This document shows, piece by piece, positions 1-8,200 of a stretch of 33,387 bases of DNA (positions are counted from its first letter, which is position 1; each line of letters begins with the position of its first letter). The translations under genes and the position numbers were made by a program. Where the stretch lies: positions 1 to 33,387 of the forward strand of contig JBGFRZ010000063.1 in NCBI GenBank assembly GCA_041694835.1, in the 5' to 3' direction. This DNA is from Ignavibacteria bacterium. GTDB lineage: Bacteria; Elusimicrobiota; Endomicrobiia; PHAN01. A model generated the notes under the pieces. It searched no databases and was not told the DNA's origin. It saw only the letters and a program-made list of their open reading frames with translations.

Positions 1-516
1 GACGCCGCGCTCATTCACCCGCTCGTTGGCGCCACGAAGGGAGACGACATACCGCCCGAAATCAGAATGAAGTGTTATGAAACGTTGCTTGGCGGTTATT
101 TCCCGAAGGATAGGGCGTTTTTGGTCGTCAATCCCGCGTACATGAGATACGGCGGCCCCCGCGAAGCGATTTTCCACGCTTTAATAAGGAAAAACTACGG
201 ATGCACCCATTTTATCGTTGGAAGAGATCACGCCGGAGTCGGGAATTACTACGGGCCATATGACGCTCAAAAAATATTTTCCGAGTTTCAAGATGAAGAG
301 CTTGGCATTACGCCTCTCTTTTTTGAAAACTCGTTCTGGTGTCAGGCATGTGAGGGTATGACATCTCGTAAGACCTGCCCCCATCCGAGCGAAAAACATT
401 TAAACTTAAGCGGAACAAAAGTGAGAGAAATGCTAAAATCCGGGAATATCCCTCCGCAGGAGTTTACGAGGCCCGAAATTGCTAAAATCCTGATGGAATG
501 GGCTAAAAACGGGTAG
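1..516 (+). CDS. sat: Sulfate adenylyltransferase (ATP sulfurylase), 5'-truncated by the window edge
   Basis: The frame is open from base 1 ([18 protein letters not shown]). Motifs [34 protein letters not shown], CxxC...CPH and [10 protein letters not shown] are present. Confidence 0.96.
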   Translation, partial: DAALIHPLVGATKGDDIPPEIRMKCYETLLGGYFPKDRAFLVVNPAYMRYGGPREAIFHALIRKNYGCTHFIVGRDHAGVGNYYGPYDAQKIFSEFQDEELGITPLFFENSFWCQACEGMTSRKTCPHPSEKHLNLSGTKVREMLKSGNIPPQEFTRPEIAKILMEWAKNG

Positions 517-520
517 TTTT

Positions 521-1495
521 ATGTATATTATACTTTTGGCTTTAACCGCGGTTTTATGGGCGCTCAATATGGGGGCGACCAACTTTGCCATCTCATTCTC
601 TCCTTCCGTCGGCAGCAAAATTATTAAAAAAAACAGAGCATTGATTTTGTTCGCCGCATTCGTTTTGGCGGGTGCCGTTCTTATAGGCGGGAACGTCGTA
701 AGAACATTGAGCGGCAGAATCATTCCCAAAGAATTTTTGGGCAGGGAAGTTGTCCTGATAATACTTTTTTCCGCGGGCATTTCTCTTCATACGGCGAATT
801 TTATGAAGATACCCGTGTCGACGAGCATAACGATAGTGGGTTCGTTCGTAGGTGCGGGAATGTATTTTGGAGCACTGAATTATATGTTTATATTAAAGAT
901 GGTTTTCATCTGGGTATCTGTCGGCGCCGTTGCTTACTTTCTGACATATTATCTGACGAAACTATTCTATCCGCCGACCAACAAGAATTTATGGATTTAC
1001 GAAAAACTATTCAAGCACGAAGAAAAACTGAAAAAATGGACTCTTTATACAGATTGCTACAGCGCATTCGGCGACGGCTCAAACAACGTTCCCAATGTCG
1101 TCGGACCTCTTGTCGCCGTGGGACTACTGAGTCAGATGGCGGGCTTTTGGATTTTTGCGCCACTTTTCGCTTTGGGTGCGTTTCTTTTCGGAAGGGGGGT
1201 TTTAAGTACGGTAAGCGAAGAAATCATCCCTCTTGGAGTGCTATCCTCATCCGTTGTTTCGCTGATGATTTCTTCTTTTACTGTTTTTTGTTCTCTCTTA
1301 GGGATACCCGCTCCGAATGTCGTGTTTTCGGCGATGTCGATTCTCGGCGTTCAGACGGCCAAGGAAGAATCCAAACACGCTCAGCTTTTTATTCATCCTG
1401 TCACGAAAAAGATACTGATGGTTTGGCTGATTACGCCTCTTGCGGCTCTGTTTTTGACATATATAACGCTCTCTATCGCGGGACCGCCGAAATGA
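521..1495 (+). CDS. PiT/PHO4-family anion transporter, probably a CysP-like sulfate permease
   Basis: Multi-TM protein with PiT repeat motifs (NMGATNFA, IPVSTS, GDGSNNVPNVVGP, WLITP). Substrate is inferred from its position next to sat. Confidence 0.8.
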   Translation: MYIILLALTAVLWALNMGATNFAISFSPSVGSKIIKKNRALILFAAFVLAGAVLIGGNVVRTLSGRIIPKEFLGREVVLIILFSAGISLHTANFMKIPVSTSITIVGSFVGAGMYFGALNYMFILKMVFIWVSVGAVAYFLTYYLTKLFYPPTNKNLWIYEKLFKHEEKLKKWTLYTDCYSAFGDGSNNVPNVVGPLVAVGLLSQMAGFWIFAPLFALGAFLFGRGVLSTVSEEIIPLGVLSSSVVSLMISSFTVFCSLLGIPAPNVVFSAMSILGVQTAKEESKHAQLFIHPVTKKILMVWLITPLAALFLTYITLSIAGPPK

Positions 1496-2001
1496 TAAAA
1501 ATTCCAAAAGAAATTTTAACACACATCGTTGAACACTGTAAAAAGGAAGTTCCCTCTGAAGCGTGCGGAATTTTGGCAGGGCGTCGGGGTTGGAGTAGGG
1601 GATGTAGGGGCTTTAGCCCCGTAAATAACGAGCGTAAACGTTCTACTCCAGAGGCAATCGTGACTAAAGTATATAAAATGGAAAATATTTCAGAGAGCCC
1701 TGAGACTTGTTATTTTATGAAACCAGAAGAGCAACTGAAAGTTTTCAAGGAAATGCGTAAATCGGGGATAGAAATGCTTGGCATATACCACTCGCATTAC
1801 AAGGTTGCCGCAGAGCCGTCTTTGAGAGACATAGAACTCGCTTTCTATCCCGAAGCGGTTTATATTATTGTCTCGCTGGATTTGAAACAAGAACCCGGGG
1901 CGGGAGTTTTTTTGAAAAAAGAAAACGCAGCAATCAGAGGTTTTGGAATAACGGATAAAAAAATTTCCGAGGAAAAAATAGAAGTTATCAGCAAGAAATA
2001 A
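1492..2001 (+). CDS. JAB/MPN (M67) metalloprotease, Mec/HcyD-like sulfur-carrier processing peptidase, with a 20-aa in-frame insertion
   Basis: ATG at 1492 overlaps the upstream stop (ATGA). EACG and the intact JAMM motif HSH-x7-S-x2-D (HSHYKVAAEPSLRD) are present. Confidence 0.9.
   Translation: MIKIPKEILTHIVEHCKKEVPSEACGILAGRRGWSRGCRGFSPVNNERKRSTPEAIVTKVYKMENISESPETCYFMKPEEQLKVFKEMRKSGIEMLGIYHSHYKVAAEPSLRDIELAFYPEAVYIIVSLDLKQEPGAGVFLKKENAAIRGFGITDKKISEEKIEVISKK
1591..1650. repeat. 60-bp REP-like palindromic element inserted in frame in the JAB gene
   Basis: Terminal inverted repeats TGGAGTAG / CTACTCCA. Internal hairpin GGGGCT-TT-AGCCCC at 1607-1620 follows a GTAG. Exactly 20 codons, starting on a codon boundary. 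Confidence 0.8.
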
Positions 2002-2017
2002 TACGAATAAAAAATTG

Positions 2018-2517
2018 ACCACGAAGACACGAAACAAATTGTTTTTTGTCTTTGTAATCTTGTAAATCTGCGTTCATCTGCGTTCAATTATTTTTTAGGA
2101 CGCAGATTTTCGCAGATTTGGTAGATATGCCAATCTTGTCAAGAACGGCATTGAGCTGCGTCCAAAAATAAAAAAGCGGTTGTAGAAATAGGACGCAGAT
2201 TTTCGCAGATGAGTTTATAGTTGCTTTAATCTGCGTTTATCAAAGTTGTTTCTGCGTTCATCTGCGTTCAATTGCTTTTGGTTTTTTAGGACGCGGATAA
2301 AGACCGATGTATCGGGATTAAAAAACTTTACTACGGAAGCACGAAACTTGTAATCGGGGATTAAAATTTTTTTTCGTGCTTTCCAACTTTCGTGTTTTGT
2401 GGCAAAGAAAAAATAAACCACAGATGAATACGGATGGAGACAGATATTACGGAAAAAAATTCGTGTAATTCGTGGTTACGTTTTTTAATCTGCGTATATC
2501 TGCGTTTATCCGTGGTT
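2018..2517. repeat. Intergenic mosaic of periodic inverted-repeat elements (ACGCAGAT type in reverse orientation, CACGAAA type, CACAGAT type)
   Basis: 2190-2273 is the reverse complement of the 84-bp unit at 19418-19501 and 25239-25322. 2415-2517 resembles 8095-8187. The cacgaaa/tttcgtg arms at 2018-2034 and 2330-2402 resemble 7621-7690. Confidence 0.9.
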
Positions 2518-2557
2518 TCATAGAGTAATTTCGTTTAAAGATAAATTCTAAAACGAT

Positions 2558-3217
2558 ATGATTAGAATAGGTATTCGTCCAAGCATCCTTGCACAAAGAC
2601 AGGCGGAAGAAATTATACAAATGTATAAAATCCAGAAATACAAAATTATAAAATACAAAACGGCAGGGGATTTTGATAAAAAAACTCCTCTTTCCGAAGT
2701 GCCCGATGGCTCCGATTTTTTCACTGACACGATAGAGAGGGCTCTGCTTGACGGAGAAATCGACATCGCCGTCCACAGCGCGAAAGATTTACCGGGCAAA
2801 ATCCCCGACGGGCTTGAAATCGTCGCGCTCACTCAAGGCATAAATCCTTATGACGCCTTTGTTTCAAGAAAAAATATTTTTTTGGAAAAATTGCAGCGCG
2901 ACTCCAAAGTCGGAGTGTGCAGTATGAGGCGAAAAAAACAACTGGCAAATTATAATCCTTATATTAAAATAACGGATGTTCGCGGCAATATAAATGAACG
3001 ACTCCAGCTGCTCGACAACGGTATTGTCGACGGGCTGATATTGGCAGCAGCCGCTCTTATGAGGCTGGGATTAGAAAATCGACTCACACAGTTTCTACCT
3101 CTTGAGGTTTTTGCGCCACATCCGATGCAGGGTCGTCTTGCCGTAGAGTCATGCTCCGACAATCATCGCGTAAGGGAAATTTTTTGTGAAAAAAGTCAAG
3201 TTAATCAAACACTATAA
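2558..3217 (+). CDS. hemC: Hydroxymethylbilane synthase (porphobilinogen deaminase), short form without the C-terminal domain
   Basis: Motifs IRIGIRPSILA, KTAGD, DIAVHSAKDLP, DVRGNINERL, LAAAALMRLG and QGRLAVE. The protein ends at 219 aa. Confidence 0.88.
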   Translation: MIRIGIRPSILAQRQAEEIIQMYKIQKYKIIKYKTAGDFDKKTPLSEVPDGSDFFTDTIERALLDGEIDIAVHSAKDLPGKIPDGLEIVALTQGINPYDAFVSRKNIFLEKLQRDSKVGVCSMRRKKQLANYNPYIKITDVRGNINERLQLLDNGIVDGLILAAAALMRLGLENRLTQFLPLEVFAPHPMQGRLAVESCSDNHRVREIFCEKSQVNQTL

Positions 3218-3827
3218 ATCAGGAAAAAAAGCCATTGCGATCAGGATTAAAGAATTTAAAAATAAAAATAATTCCGACGATAAAGATATCTTCAAAGAAT
3301 TGTGCTTTTGCATACTTACCCCGCAGTCAAAAGCGAAGGTTTGCTGGGCGGCGATAGAAAAACTCAGTCAAGACAACATTCTTTATGCAGGGAATTTTTT
3401 TGAAATCAGAAATAAGTTATACGGCGTAAGATTTAAAAACAACAAAGCAAGATATATTCTGGCGGCGCGGAATTTTTTCAAAAAAAATCAAAAACTCGAT
3501 ATAAAATCTGTTATAAAAAATTTTGGCAAAGATTATACAACCTTGCGGGATTTTTTGGTTAAGAATATCAAAGGTTATGGCTATAAAGAAGCGAGTCACT
3601 TTTTAAGAAATATTGGATTGGGTGGAAGTTTTGCAATACTTGATAGACACATACTGAATAATTTGGTAAGATGTTCTGTGTTGGAAAAATATCCGAAGAG
3701 TCTAAGCAGAAAACTCTATTTGGATATTGAGGATAAGATGAAAGCATTTTCAAAAAAAATAAAGATACCAATGGAAGAGTTGGATTTGCTTTTCTGGTCG
3801 CAGGAAACTGGCGAGATATTCAAATAA
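3186..3827 (+). CDS. ogg: N-glycosylase/DNA lyase (8-oxoguanine DNA glycosylase, archaeal/Thermotoga-type HhH-GPD)
   Basis: Motifs [37 protein letters not shown] and LDLLFW. Confidence 0.88.
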   Translation: MKKVKLIKHYKSGKKAIAIRIKEFKNKNNSDDKDIFKELCFCILTPQSKAKVCWAAIEKLSQDNILYAGNFFEIRNKLYGVRFKNNKARYILAARNFFKKNQKLDIKSVIKNFGKDYTTLRDFLVKNIKGYGYKEASHFLRNIGLGGSFAILDRHILNNLVRCSVLEKYPKSLSRKLYLDIEDKMKAFSKKIKIPMEELDLLFWSQETGEIFK

Positions 3828-3843
3828 AACAGGCGGAGGCATT

Positions 3844-4065
3844 ATGAGAGAAAAAGTCGAAGAGGCGCTTAAAAAAGTCAGGCTCATGCTTCAGAGAGAC
3901 GGCGGAGATGTTGAACTTGTCGATGTTACCAACGAGGGCGTTGTCAAAGTAAAACTGACCGGGGCATGCGGCTGTTGTCCCATGAGCCAGATGACGCTCA
4001 AGATGGGGATAGAGAGGATTCTTAAACAGGAAGTTCCTGATGTGAAGTCCGTCGAAGCGTTATGA
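3844..4065 (+). CDS. NifU C-terminal domain (Nfu-type) Fe-S carrier protein
   Basis: Motifs [11 protein letters not shown] and [24 protein letters not shown] just upstream. Confidence 0.92.
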   Translation: MREKVEEALKKVRLMLQRDGGDVELVDVTNEGVVKVKLTGACGCCPMSQMTLKMGIERILKQEVPDVKSVEAL

Positions 4066-4331
4066 GAGTGAAATGTCCAGGTAATTTACAGTCAAACATT
4101 AGGGCCGAGACGATTATATGCCCGGAATGTCACTACATGGTGGAGATTTTTTCCGATGAGACATGGCGCAAATGCCCGAGATGTAAAACAAAAGTTGAAA
4201 GGGCTCTTTTGCCCTCATGTGTCGAATGGTGCCCCGCCGCAAAATCGTGCATTGGGACTGTAAAATGGGCGGAAATCCAGAAAGATAAAGGAGGCAACAA
4301 TGAAGGTAAAAAGAAAGATAATAAAGATTGA
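4062..4331 (+). CDS. Small Cys-rich (zinc-ribbon or Fe-S) hypothetical protein
   Basis: CPG, CPEC..VEIFSDE..CPRC, SCVEWC..AKSC. ATGA coupling with the Nfu gene. Confidence 0.75.
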   Translation: MRVKCPGNLQSNIRAETIICPECHYMVEIFSDETWRKCPRCKTKVERALLPSCVEWCPAAKSCIGTVKWAEIQKDKGGNNEGKKKDNKD

Positions 4332-5100
4332 TGAGGAAAAATGCAACGGATGCAGTTTGTGTATTCCTTCATGTCCCGAAGGAGCGCTTGCTATTGTCGA
4401 GACGCCAAAGGGACCGAAGGCACGTTTAGTGAAGGAGAATTTTTGCGATGGACTCGGGGCGTGTCTCGGCGATTGTCCTGTGGATGCTCTGAAAGTTGTC
4501 GAGTCGGAAGTAGAAGAATACGACGAAGAAGGGGTTATCCAACACATAAAAGAAACCGCGCCCGAAAAACTTGAAAAACATCTTAAACATTTAAAAGAGC
4601 ATTCTGACGAACTGCCGAAAGCGCATCATAGTAAAGAGTCGCCATGCGGATGCCCTTCGGCTCAGATGCTTTCATGGGATGAGATTGAAAAAATCAGTAA
4701 ACCTTTGGAAAGAGTCGAGGTTTCATCCAAATTGAGACAGTGGCCTGTTCAGATAAAACTCGTCAACCCCCTGGCGCCTTATTTTTCCCGCCCCGGCGGG
4801 ACCGATTTGCTTGTCGCAGCCGACTGCGTTCCGTTTGCATATGGAGATTTTCATCAAGATTTTTTAAAAGGCAAGACAGTGGTTGTCGGCTGCCCCAAAC
4901 TTGATGATATTGATTATTATATTCAAAAACTTGCAGATATTTTTAAGACAGCCGATATAAAATCCGTTGAGACAATAATAATGGAAGTGCCGTGCTGTTC
5001 GGGGCTTAACTATGCGACTGAAGAGGCGCTCAAGTTGAGCGGAAAAAAAATTCCTCACAAAAATACGATTATCGGAATTAAGGGCGATAAAAAAATTTGA
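4300..5100 (+). CDS. 4Fe-4S dicluster ferredoxin-like iron-sulfur protein
   Basis: CNGCSLCIPSCP and CDGLGACLGDCP, followed by GCP, QWPVQI, AADC, GCPKLD and MEVPCC. RBS GGAGG upstream. Confidence 0.88.
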   Translation: MKVKRKIIKIDEEKCNGCSLCIPSCPEGALAIVETPKGPKARLVKENFCDGLGACLGDCPVDALKVVESEVEEYDEEGVIQHIKETAPEKLEKHLKHLKEHSDELPKAHHSKESPCGCPSAQMLSWDEIEKISKPLERVEVSSKLRQWPVQIKLVNPLAPYFSRPGGTDLLVAADCVPFAYGDFHQDFLKGKTVVVGCPKLDDIDYYIQKLADIFKTADIKSVETIIMEVPCCSGLNYATEEALKLSGKKIPHKNTIIGIKGDKKI

Positions 5101-5129
5101 AGCATTAGTTGTTTATAGTCGCATATTTA

Positions 5130-7430
5130 ATGTTCAAAATACCTCAGAAAGTAAAAAGCGAATCTTTAAGGTTCTCGGAAAATCTCAACAAACTTATTAA
5201 AGGAGAATTAAAAGAACCCTTTTTTAAAGGCATTCGCGTTCCGTGGGGATTTTATTCTCAACGCGGCGGCCGGGCGCTGATGTCGCGCCTGCGCGTCCCC
5301 GGAAGTATTTTATCGCCGAGGCAGATAAAAGCCGTCGGAAATGCTGCCGAAAATTTTGCAAGTGGAAAACTTCACATCACGACCCGACAGGACATACAAA
5401 TACACGACTTGCCTTACGCAAATGTCTCAAGAGTTATAGAATTCTTGGGAGATTATGAAATTTCTCCCCGAGGCGGCGGAGGGAATACCGTCAGAAACAT
5501 AACCACTTGCCCCCTTTCGGGCATATGCCCCAAAGAAAAAATTGAAGTCAACCGGCTTGTGATTCCCATTACGGAATATTTGCTTTCAGTCGATGATTCC
5601 TTCAATCTTCCCAGAAAATTAAAATTCGCTTTTTCGGGATGTCAAAAGGACTGCGCATCCTGCGGAGTCAACGATGTCGGGTTTGTGGCAACGCAAGACG
5701 GGTTCAAAGTTCTTTGCGGCGGGGGTCTTGGAGCGAAGAGTTCCGTCGGAAGAGTCCTTGCCGGGAATGTTCCCGCCGACGAAGTGATATACATACTGCG
5801 CGCCGTGATGAGTGTTTTCAACAAATACGGCGACAGAAAAAACAGACACCGCAACCGCCTCAGATTTTTGATTGAAGATTTGGGTTGGGAAAAATTTAAG
5901 GAACTCTATAACGGAGAATTCGAAAAAGTAAAAAACGAAGAGTATATTTTCTTAGACATAAAAGATAATTTGCCGTCTCTATCTCAAAGAGCGCCTTCCG
6001 CAGGGCGGGAATATTGCGACGAATCTTTCAATGAGTTTTTGAAATTCAGCACGGGCAGACAGAAGCAAAGCGGATATAGTTACGCAACGCTCAACGTGTC
6101 GTTCGGCGAGATTGCCGCCGACAAACTCTTCAAACTTGCGGATTTGGAACAAATTTTTCCCGCTCTTATTTTCAGAACAACGCAGAGACAAAATATAATC
6201 CTTACAAATATACCTTCGGAGAGATTATATGAACTTTACAGCGAACTAAAACTGATACTGACTGATTTTTTGTATCCTGACACGATTTACGATATTGTTT
6301 CCTGCAAGGCCGCAACGACCTGCAATCTCGGAATCTGCGACGCTATGTCGCTTGCGCCGGTTTTAGTCGGTGAACTTAAAAAATTGAAACCGGATTTAGA
6401 GAAATTCAAGAATTTTAAAATCAACATCAACGGATGTCCGAATGCCTGCGGGCAACATCCTTTGGGGAATTTGTCGTTTTCCGGCGCGGCGAAGAAAGTA
6501 TTTGACAGGACAGCCCCTTTTTACAAAGTTTACATAAACGGTTCTGCCTCCTCCGAAAATACCCGCCTTGCCTCTGATATTGGAATTATCCCCGCCAGGA
6601 ATATTCCGATTTTCTTTTCCGAACTTATATCCGCTCTTCCGGGTGCCGACACTATTAACGAATCGGAGGCGAAGACATTGATACGAAAGCACTCTCACAT
6701 CCCTTCCTATGACGAAGACCGCGAGTATTATGTGGATTTTGGCAAAACCGGGGACTTTTCACTTGAAGGGTTGTCTCAGGGAGAGTGCGGCGCCGGCGTA
6801 ATAGATATGCTCGAGTCGGATATAGAATCTGCCAGACAGTCGCTTGCGAAAGCCCGAGACAACGACTACGCTATGCCCGAAATTAAAAACGCCGTTGTTT
6901 TCGCCGCGCGTGCTCTCCTTGTTGTAAAAGGCATAGATGCAACAGGCGACATTGAAGCGGTAAAAAGTTTTAGCGAAAAATTCCCGGCAAGCGGAATAGT
7001 AAAACCGGATTTTAAAAATATCGTCGAAGTTTATGAAAAAATTGTCTCAGAAGACATTAAACCTGAGGATGCTTTCAAATACGCCTCCGCGCTTTTTGAA
7101 GAAGTGACAACAGTCTATTCCGGGATGGACGCCAACTTCAATTTTAAGCCACGTTTCGCTTCGGAAGTTAAACGAGATTCAAAATATGAAGAAAAAGTTT
7201 CGTCAACATACGACCTGCGTGGAACCCCATGCCCCATTAATTATGTCAAGACCAAACTAATGCTCGAAGAAATGTCCGCGGGAGATATTTTGGAGGTCCT
7301 GCTTGACGAGGGCCCACCGATAGAAAATGTGCCGAAAAGCCTAAAAAATGACGGACAAGAAATACTAAAAATCGAAAAATCGCAAAATTTCTATAAAATG
7401 CTGGTTAAAAAGAGAATCAGCCACGGATGA
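5130..7430 (+). CDS. Siroheme sulfite/nitrite reductase with a HEPN-like helical domain and a C-terminal TusA/SirA domain
   Basis: HITTRQDIQ, NLPRKLKFAFSGC, RTTQRQNI and INGCPNACGQH. C-terminal DLRGTPCPINYVKTKL is a TusA CPxP-like motif (about 7209-7430). ATG at 5130 is preferred over TTG at 5109. Confidence 0.9.
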   Translation: MFKIPQKVKSESLRFSENLNKLIKGELKEPFFKGIRVPWGFYSQRGGRALMSRLRVPGSILSPRQIKAVGNAAENFASGKLHITTRQDIQIHDLPYANVSRVIEFLGDYEISPRGGGGNTVRNITTCPLSGICPKEKIEVNRLVIPITEYLLSVDDSFNLPRKLKFAFSGCQKDCASCGVNDVGFVATQDGFKVLCGGGLGAKSSVGRVLAGNVPADEVIYILRAVMSVFNKYGDRKNRHRNRLRFLIEDLGWEKFKELYNGEFEKVKNEEYIFLDIKDNLPSLSQRAPSAGREYCDESFNEFLKFSTGRQKQSGYSYATLNVSFGEIAADKLFKLADLEQIFPALIFRTTQRQNIILTNIPSERLYELYSELKLILTDFLYPDTIYDIVSCKAATTCNLGICDAMSLAPVLVGELKKLKPDLEKFKNFKININGCPNACGQHPLGNLSFSGAAKKVFDRTAPFYKVYINGSASSENTRLASDIGIIPARNIPIFFSELISALPGADTINESEAKTLIRKHSHIPSYDEDREYYVDFGKTGDFSLEGLSQGECGAGVIDMLESDIESARQSLAKARDNDYAMPEIKNAVVFAARALLVVKGIDATGDIEAVKSFSEKFPASGIVKPDFKNIVEVYEKIVSEDIKPEDAFKYASALFEEVTTVYSGMDANFNFKPRFASEVKRDSKYEEKVSSTYDLRGTPCPINYVKTKLMLEEMSAGDILEVLLDEGPPIENVPKSLKNDGQEILKIEKSQNFYKMLVKKRISHG

Positions 7431-7744
7431 ACACTGATAAACATAGAAAAAATCCGTGATTTCCATGTCAAGATTTTATAATTTAATGTCTGCTGCCGCT
7501 ACACCAAAATGTTAATTACCACAAAGACGCGGAGAAAAATGAGGTAGTTCAAGAACTACCCCGATTGTCATCGGGAAAATTACCGACGGAGATGTAAGTT
7601 CCGTGTTATTAAAACTCTGAACCACGAAGACGCGAAAACGCGAAATCGGAGACTTTTTTCGTGATTTCTAACTTTCGTACTTTCGTGGTAAAGTTTTTTC
7701 TCTGTGTCTCTGTGGTGAGTTTTAGCGAAGCGTCAGTGAACCCT
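7420..7744. repeat. Mosaic of palindromic elements downstream of, and overlapping the end of, the sulfite reductase gene
   Basis: cacggat...atccgtg at about 7422-7458. GGTAGTTC-AA-GAACTACC at 7543-7560. CCCGAT..ATCGGG at 7560-7575. accacgaa...ttcgtggt at 7621-7689. 7711-7744 matches 19684-19717 at 33 of 34 nt. Confidence 0.8.
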
Positions 7745-7827
7745 GATTTACAGACACTGCATAGTCCTTGAGGGTATTGAAGACACAAAATTACATAGAG
7801 AAAAAAAGTTCAGAGTATCTGGTAAAG

Positions 7828-8187
7828 TTTTTAATCTGTGTTTATCCATGTTAATCTGTTAAAGAATCAAAAAATATGAAACCACAGATGGACACAGATA
7901 TTACGGAAAAAAATTCATGTAATTCGTGGTTACGTTTTTTAATCTGTGTTTATCCGTGTTAATCTGTTAAAGAATCAAAAAATATGAAACCACAGATGGA
8001 CACAGATATTACGGAAAAAAATTCATGTAATTCGTGGTTACGTTTTTTAATCTGTGTTTATCCGTGTTAATCTGTTAAAGAATCAAAAAATATGAAACCA
8101 CAGATGGACACAGATGTTACGAAAAAAAAATCGTGTAATTCGTGGTTGCGTTTTTTAATCTGTGTGTATCTGTGTTTATCCGTGGTT
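7828..8187 (+). repeat. Tandem repeat, period 108 bp, about 3 copies, made of CACAGAT/ATCTGTG palindromic elements
   Basis: aaaccacagatggacacagat starts at 7879, 7987 and 8095. Copies 1 and 2 are near-identical; copy 3 has several substitutions. Confidence 0.95.
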
Positions 8188-8200
8188 AAAAAAAAGTTTT

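Noticed and set aside
991-1491. N-terminal extension of the 336-aa ORF
   Set aside because: It overlaps the transporter gene in another frame. The JAB domain begins at the coupled ATG at 1492.
1860-2421. Minus-strand ORFs containing MNADERR-like peptides
   Set aside because: They are translations of the 9-nt repeat arms. No GxxExxY or other domain follows.
7876-7962. 28-aa peptide ORF in each 108-bp repeat (MKPQMDTDITEK...)
   Set aside because: There is no RBS and the sequence is explained by the palindromic arms.
8162-8200. Upstream start for cobA-hemD
   Set aside because: It lies within a repeat arm. ATG at 8201 gives the normal CobA N-terminus.
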